29,707 nt of DNA from Candidatus Hodarchaeota archaeon (lineage in GTDB: Archaea; Asgardarchaeota; Heimdallarchaeia; Hodarchaeales; Hodarchaeaceae), in NCBI GenBank assembly GCA_016839785.1, contig JAEOTQ010000049.1, positions 1 through 29,707 on the forward strand, given 5' to 3'. The position numbers and the translations under genes were made by a program. The notes under the pieces were generated by a model. That model made no database searches. It worked only from the letters and a program-made list of their open reading frames with translations, and was not told where the DNA came from. How positions within the stretch are numbered: the stretch's first letter is position 1; each line of letters starts with the position of its first letter. Shown one piece after another: positions 25,461 to 29,707 of this stretch.

Positions 25461-26321
25461 TTGGTAGAAGTATCACAAATTGGTATTTTCTCCCAAGTGC
25501 TTTGCGAAGAGACAATTACCATCTTAGATAGTATTTTTTCGCTTGAAGAAAGTAAAAATATTACTTATTCATTAAATCCTGAACTATTTCTATTTATTGA
25601 GAAAAATAAACCAAAATTAGTAGAAGGAATTCAAAAAACAACACTTCTAGACATGAATGTGGATTGTATATTCTCCATAGGTGGGGATGGAACCATACTT
25701 AGAATCGCCAGGGCGAAGCCTAATATTCCAATTCTGTCGATCAATAAAGGTAGAAAAGGATTTATGACCGAAATTGAGGCAGATGAAGTCAAAATATCTC
25801 TGAAAAAATACTTCCAAGGAGATTATAGACTTGAAGAACATACTAAGATTGCAGCAAAAATTGGTGAAGATTTACAAGCTTCTGCAATAAATGAGATATT
25901 GATAACTTCAGGTGATCTAATGAAACCAGTTGATTTCAAAGTCCTGGTAGACAATGAAGTGATTTCTGGTTCTTCAGCTGATGGTATTATCATTGCTACC
26001 CCAGTAGGTTCAACAGGTCACAATTTATCTAGTGGTGGAAGCATCATGGATCCTGATCTACAGGGTTTAATAATATCATGGATCAATCCAATTAACCTAG
26101 CTATCCGACCAGTTATTCTGGATTTTTCACGAAATTTAGAAATTATTTGTTCAACAAGAATTAATCCAATAAAAATGGTATTTGATGGACAGGTTAGTTT
26201 AGAATATACTACGCCAGTGAAATTTTCTTTTTCCCTTTCCCGAGAAAAAGTGAAATTTTATCGCCTTAGACATTTCACTTCACGATGGAGACAACACTTT
26301 CACCCTGAAATTAGGGATTGA
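25461..26321 (+). CDS. nadK: NAD(+) kinase
   Basis: SIGGDGTILR, INKGRKGFM, AINE, ADGIIIATPVGSTGHNLSSGG, DGQ. Confidence 0.93.
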   Translation: MVEVSQIGIFSQVLCEETITILDSIFSLEESKNITYSLNPELFLFIEKNKPKLVEGIQKTTLLDMNVDCIFSIGGDGTILRIARAKPNIPILSINKGRKGFMTEIEADEVKISLKKYFQGDYRLEEHTKIAAKIGEDLQASAINEILITSGDLMKPVDFKVLVDNEVISGSSADGIIIATPVGSTGHNLSSGGSIMDPDLQGLIISWINPINLAIRPVILDFSRNLEIICSTRINPIKMVFDGQVSLEYTTPVKFSFSLSREKVKFYRLRHFTSRWRQHFHPEIRD

Positions 26322-26863
26322 GTATAAACTTGGTTGATTACTCACAGTTAATACACGTATTAGATACAACGGCGTTTATTGGGCTGGATTTTCCTATTCT
26401 TCAGACATTTGAAGTGAGAAAGTTTCTAACCGCTCATTCAGTTATCGAGGAATTAAAAGACTTCCGTTCAAAAATGAATTTAGAGGTAATGCTACAATCA
26501 AATGAATTAGAGGTTTCATCTCCTAATCCAAAAGAATTAAGGACACTAACACACAGGATACACAAGTTAGAACCAAAAACACGTCTATCGAATACAGATA
26601 TACAGGTTCTAGCCTTAACAAGGCAGGTAAAGGGAGTATTAGTATCAAATGATCTTTCAATGCAAAATATTGCGAAACTGATGAATATCCCAATCCGTGT
26701 TGTAAGTGGAAAAAAAGTCACAGGAATACGTAGAAGTCATCTGAGATGTTTGAGCTGCAAAAAAACATTTCAAGAATCAGATCAACAGTGTCCTATTTGT
26801 GGGGGAGAGTTAAAGCTGTATTTTTACAAGAGTCGATCAAAAGATCTAAAACGAAAAGAATGA
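26318..26863 (+). CDS. nob1: Nob1-family rRNA maturation endonuclease (PIN + Zn ribbon)
   Basis: VLDTTAFI, VIEELKD, LSNTDIQVLAL, SNDLSMQN, then CLSC...CPICGGEL. The TTG start overlaps the upstream TGA. Confidence 0.9.
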   Translation: MSINLVDYSQLIHVLDTTAFIGLDFPILQTFEVRKFLTAHSVIEELKDFRSKMNLEVMLQSNELEVSSPNPKELRTLTHRIHKLEPKTRLSNTDIQVLALTRQVKGVLVSNDLSMQNIAKLMNIPIRVVSGKKVTGIRRSHLRCLSCKKTFQESDQQCPICGGELKLYFYKSRSKDLKRKE

Positions 26864-26930
26864 ATTAATAATAAAAATTCATCATAAGAAAGGACAACCA
26901 CGAGTAAAATTCTCTCAGGAAGAAAGAAAC

Positions 26931-27131
26931 TTGCCAGAAGAACTAAAATCTAAGGAAGAATTCATGACTACGCTTGATTTAGCATCAGTTTGCTATGTTA
27001 AACGATTAAAAGATTCTGATGTTGTTAAACTTAAACTTAGGACAAAAAAACGTCTATATACGTTTAAAACAACTCCTAAAGAAGCAAATCAAATCGTACA
27101 GAATTTAAATATTCCTGTCGAAGAGGTTTAA
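26931..27131 (+). CDS. rpl38e: 50S ribosomal protein eL38
   Basis: MPEELKSKEEF...VKLKLRTKKRLYTF matches the eL38 signature (K.K.R..R.LYT). Confidence 0.9.
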   Translation: MPEELKSKEEFMTTLDLASVCYVKRLKDSDVVKLKLRTKKRLYTFKTTPKEANQIVQNLNIPVEEV

Positions 27132-27237
27132 AGCTAACTGAATTCTATTCTCTTCTTCTGAAAAAAAATATAACTCATCTCGTTTTTAAAGGAAAATTAG
27201 GGGAAAACGCCTTCAACAGCGTTTATTAAAAAGAGAA

Positions 27238-27513
27238 TTAGTCTTGAGACTCTGATGTAATCGTTTCTAGTAAAGAAAGGATACCCCATATTTTTGTTCG
27301 GGCAAAAAGAGGGCAATTAGGATCTTGACTGATTTCATCAAGAATTGAGATTGCAAAATTTGCCCGTACTTCAGGTGGGTCATCTTCCTGACTATTCTTA
27401 CCTGTTACCGCCATAAATGCTTCTTTGGCAGCCCTTCTGATGTTTTTTGGAACGCTATGATCTGATGAGATTTGTTGCAGCAACATCTTTGAATTTTCAA
27501 TTTTATCTTCCAT
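27238..27513 (-). CDS. UPF0147 family protein
   Basis: DHSVPKNIRRAA, AISILDEISQDPNCPLFARTKIW. Confidence 0.9.
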   Translation of the reverse strand: MEDKIENSKMLLQQISSDHSVPKNIRRAAKEAFMAVTGKNSQEDDPPEVRANFAISILDEISQDPNCPLFARTKIWGILSLLETITSESQD

Positions 27514-27885
27514 TTTTGATCACCCAGACCTTCTAATTGATTAGAAAATAGAAATACGTAATATTCTGGTAATATAAACGGCGTTAGAGCAAGATTATTG
27601 AGCTCTGAATTCCTAGATTCTCTGTGACAGACTAATCAAAAAATCTAGAAAAACCTTTCTTTTCGTAAATTTTATTTTACTCCTTTTAAGTTAGATTCCC
27701 CTACTTTTATCTTGACGACTATTCCTTCATTTCGTATTGAGAAGGATTAGCACGATAAAGAATTGATAAAACAACTCTAATCTTTTTTTTTATCCCTAAG
27801 AAAATAGTATAAATATTTCATAAATAGACGACCCCTTGAAGTGGAAAACTCTTTTCTATGAAATATAATTGGAGAATCGGCTTAG

Positions 27886-28353
27886 ATGGAAGTAGAAAAC
27901 AATGATTTTAACGAATTTTTGATATATGAAATCATTGCTAATAATGGAAGACTAATCTGTTCTCACTGTGGAAACCGAGTTGTGTTAAACGATTTATTTG
28001 AAGAGAAAATTATCGCCGAAGTTGAAAATGGCTATATAGGACACATTAATTGCCTACTTCAGTACATAATGAAAGCTGAGCCTATTATTTCCTCAGGTTT
28101 GGCAAGTGGTCTATTCTCAGAGTCCCAAGTACGTCAAGACCTTTTATCGAGACCTTTTGAATCAGTTATTTTAGATATTAGTCGAGCTTGTTCGTATAGG
28201 AATTTAGCAATTTCATCACAAACTGGAGAATGCACTAGATTTATAGCTGCCGAGACAAATTTAATAGAAATGCGAAATAACAATAATCTATCGGTGTTAC
28301 TTGATTATATTGAAATCTCTCTTCCTGATCTTAGTGATTCGGATATCAATTAG
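27886..28353 (+). CDS. Hypothetical protein with putative zinc finger (CxxC...HxxC)
   Basis: LICSHCGNRV...GHINCL, GGAG SD upstream. No family recognised with confidence. Confidence 0.6.
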   Translation: MEVENNDFNEFLIYEIIANNGRLICSHCGNRVVLNDLFEEKIIAEVENGYIGHINCLLQYIMKAEPIISSGLASGLFSESQVRQDLLSRPFESVILDISRACSYRNLAISSQTGECTRFIAAETNLIEMRNNNNLSVLLDYIEISLPDLSDSDIN

Positions 28354-28393
28354 TAAGAGTATAATCCAAAGAAAAAAAATAGGTGTAGACAGA

Positions 28394-28633
28394 ATGAAGG
28401 TAGATCTTTCAAATATTCCTGATGCGGATGTAGTAGATGAATTAGCAAAGATGATTAAAGAGAAAGAGAAAATAAAAGCCAAGAAGGAAGGAAAAACTTT
28501 AGTAGTGAAGGATCTTTCTTCTAGAAAATTAAAATTCTATACAAAGAAAGTTCTAGGTAGAAAGGATTTACCTGGAGTCTATAAAGTCGTTTCCCAAGGT
28601 GACCACTTTCTCGTATATTTTCAGGAGCACTAA
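28394..28633 (+). CDS. rpl22e: Ribosomal protein eL22 (L22e)-like
   Basis: LSSRKLKFYTKKVLGRKDLPGVYKVVS resembles eL22 FSKRYLKYLTKKYLKK..LRD..RVVA. Basic 79-aa protein. Start moved to ATG 28394 after AGGTG. Confidence 0.75.
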   Translation: MKVDLSNIPDADVVDELAKMIKEKEKIKAKKEGKTLVVKDLSSRKLKFYTKKVLGRKDLPGVYKVVSQGDHFLVYFQEH

Positions 28634-28683
28634 TTATTCACTAGTGAACGTACAACCATGAATCACCCTTCAAATGGGATTTT

Positions 28684-29707
28684 ATGAATAAAAAACCTGA
28701 GAAGACCAATTGGGGAAGTGCCTTTGCGGGTCCACTATCAAAAGGATGCCGACAGTGTATTTTAGGAGAAAAACTAGTAGTACTAGTGAGTACAAAATGC
28801 TCTAGTAATTGTTTTTATTGTCCCTTAAGCAATGAAAGGAAAGAAGCCAATACCTCGTTTGCTAATGAACGCCCCTTTTCCAATATTTCGGATCTCCTTG
28901 TTGAGGCCTTACATATGGAAGCTAAAGGAGCAAGTATGACCGGTGGTGACCCCCTCGAGTTGCATTCTTTTGATAAAACACTTTCCTATTGCAAGGTTTT
29001 GAAAGAGCAGTTCTCGAATGATTTTCATATTCATGCCTACACAAGAGGGAAGGATTTGAATAGGGAGTTATTAGCAAGAATAGTTCCCTTCCTTGATGAA
29101 ATTCGTTTTCATGTGATCAATTTCGAAAAAGACTTCCCCAATGTTCAACTCACAACTGAATTTGATGTTGATGTAGGGATAGAGATTCCTGTGATTCCAA
29201 CGAAAGGAATCGATTATTATAACCGATTAATTCGTGAATTTGAGTCAATTATTCCTGAAAGGGATCATTTTTACTTCATTAATCTTAATGAACTTGAACT
29301 AAGTGAAACTAATTACCGTAAAATTCTTTCTCACAGATTAGAAGTCGATAAAGTTAATTTATCTGCCGTTAAAGATAGTTCTAAACTTTCCATTAAAATT
29401 GTGGAATGGGCATCCCAAAATACAAAGATTCCAGTTCATTATTGTGCACTTGCGACTAAAGATAATGTACAACTACCAAACCGACTATTTAGAATGGCCA
29501 TGAATATAAAACTTCCCTCAGATGTTGTTGTGGAAGAAGGTACAGATAGGGGACTTCTCATAAGAGGAGTGATTAAAGCTTCAGACTATGATCTAGAAGA
29601 GGTAAAACGATATCTTGTTTTAGAAGCTGATGTTCCAGCAAATCTAGTTCATATTGATCATGAAAAAAAAAGACTTCTTACCAACGCAGCCATATTAGAA
29701 GAAATCA
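28684..29707 (+). CDS. Radical SAM protein (archaeal COG2108-like), truncated by the window end
   Basis: Not in the ORF track; translated by hand: MNKKPEKTNWGSAFAGPLSKGCRQCILGEKLVVLVSTKCSSNCFYCPLS...GASMTGGDPL...DEIRFH...FINLNELE. Has CxxxCxxC, GGDP and an extra N-terminal GCxxC. Confidence 0.88.
   Translation, partial: MNKKPEKTNWGSAFAGPLSKGCRQCILGEKLVVLVSTKCSSNCFYCPLSNERKEANTSFANERPFSNISDLLVEALHMEAKGASMTGGDPLELHSFDKTLSYCKVLKEQFSNDFHIHAYTRGKDLNRELLARIVPFLDEIRFHVINFEKDFPNVQLTTEFDVDVGIEIPVIPTKGIDYYNRLIREFESIIPERDHFYFINLNELELSETNYRKILSHRLEVDKVNLSAVKDSSKLSIKIVEWASQNTKIPVHYCALATKDNVQLPNRLFRMAMNIKLPSDVVVEEGTDRGLLIRGVIKASDYDLEEVKRYLVLEADVPANLVHIDHEKKRLLTNAAILEEI

Noticed and set aside
1084-26721. 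Numerous short ORFs antisense or out-of-frame within long genes (e.g. 2150-2458, 3335-3679, 6341-6652, 15705-16664, 20919-21113, 23203-23550, 26434-26721)
   Set aside because: They lie inside well-supported genes and show no recognisable motifs; typical shadow ORFs.
27531-27546. Inverted repeat TTCTAAT-tg-ATTAGAA upstream of the UPF0147 gene
   Set aside because: AT-rich 7-bp palindromes are expected many times by chance in 30 kb of this composition, and I saw no second copy.
28297-28482. 61-aa minus-strand ORF, and the hydrophobic 31-aa extension of the eL22 ORF from 28301
   Set aside because: Both overlap neighbouring genes; the SD-supported ATG at 28394 gives a coherent eL22-like protein.
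1-29707. CRISPR arrays, tRNA/rRNA genes, IS elements, selenocysteine or pyrrolysine read-through
   Set aside because: By eye I found no periodic repeats, cloverleaf-like GC-rich segments, terminal inverted repeats or interrupted conserved ORFs; tRNAscan-SE and Infernal would be needed to exclude small RNAs.

Overview
AT-rich archaeal chromosomal window, almost certainly from an Asgard archaeon. Heimdallarchaeia/Hodarchaeales is the likely lineage, inferred from an ARPC4-like gene, eL22- and eL38-like genes, roadblock and longin-like domains, and PGF-type C-terminal sorting tails. The right half (14.4-29.7 kb) is conserved information-processing machinery: Zn-ribbon/EF-1beta/Cdc48, the proteasome-exosome superoperon (psmA, SBDS, rrp4/41/42, eL43, Brix, Pcc1, pfdB, DUF3194-like, tRNA thiolase), then aIF5A, NAD kinase, Nob1, eL38, UPF0147, eL22 and a radical SAM gene. 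The left half (0.6-14.3 kb) is lineage-specific and holds the most interesting content. It has a HerA/FtsK-type ATPase fused to a longin-like domain, convergent with a ~12-TM membrane protein ending in the same type of longin-like domain. It also has two diverged paralogous surface proteins downstream of a membrane-anchored receptor-like double winged-helix regulator, a divergent type IV pilin with a carbohydrate-binding-like domain and a palindromic TATA box, and a roadblock gene next to an Arp2/3 subunit 4 (ARPC4) homolog. I saw no rRNA, tRNA, CRISPR array or transposase. All family calls come from motif recognition by eye, not from database searches.
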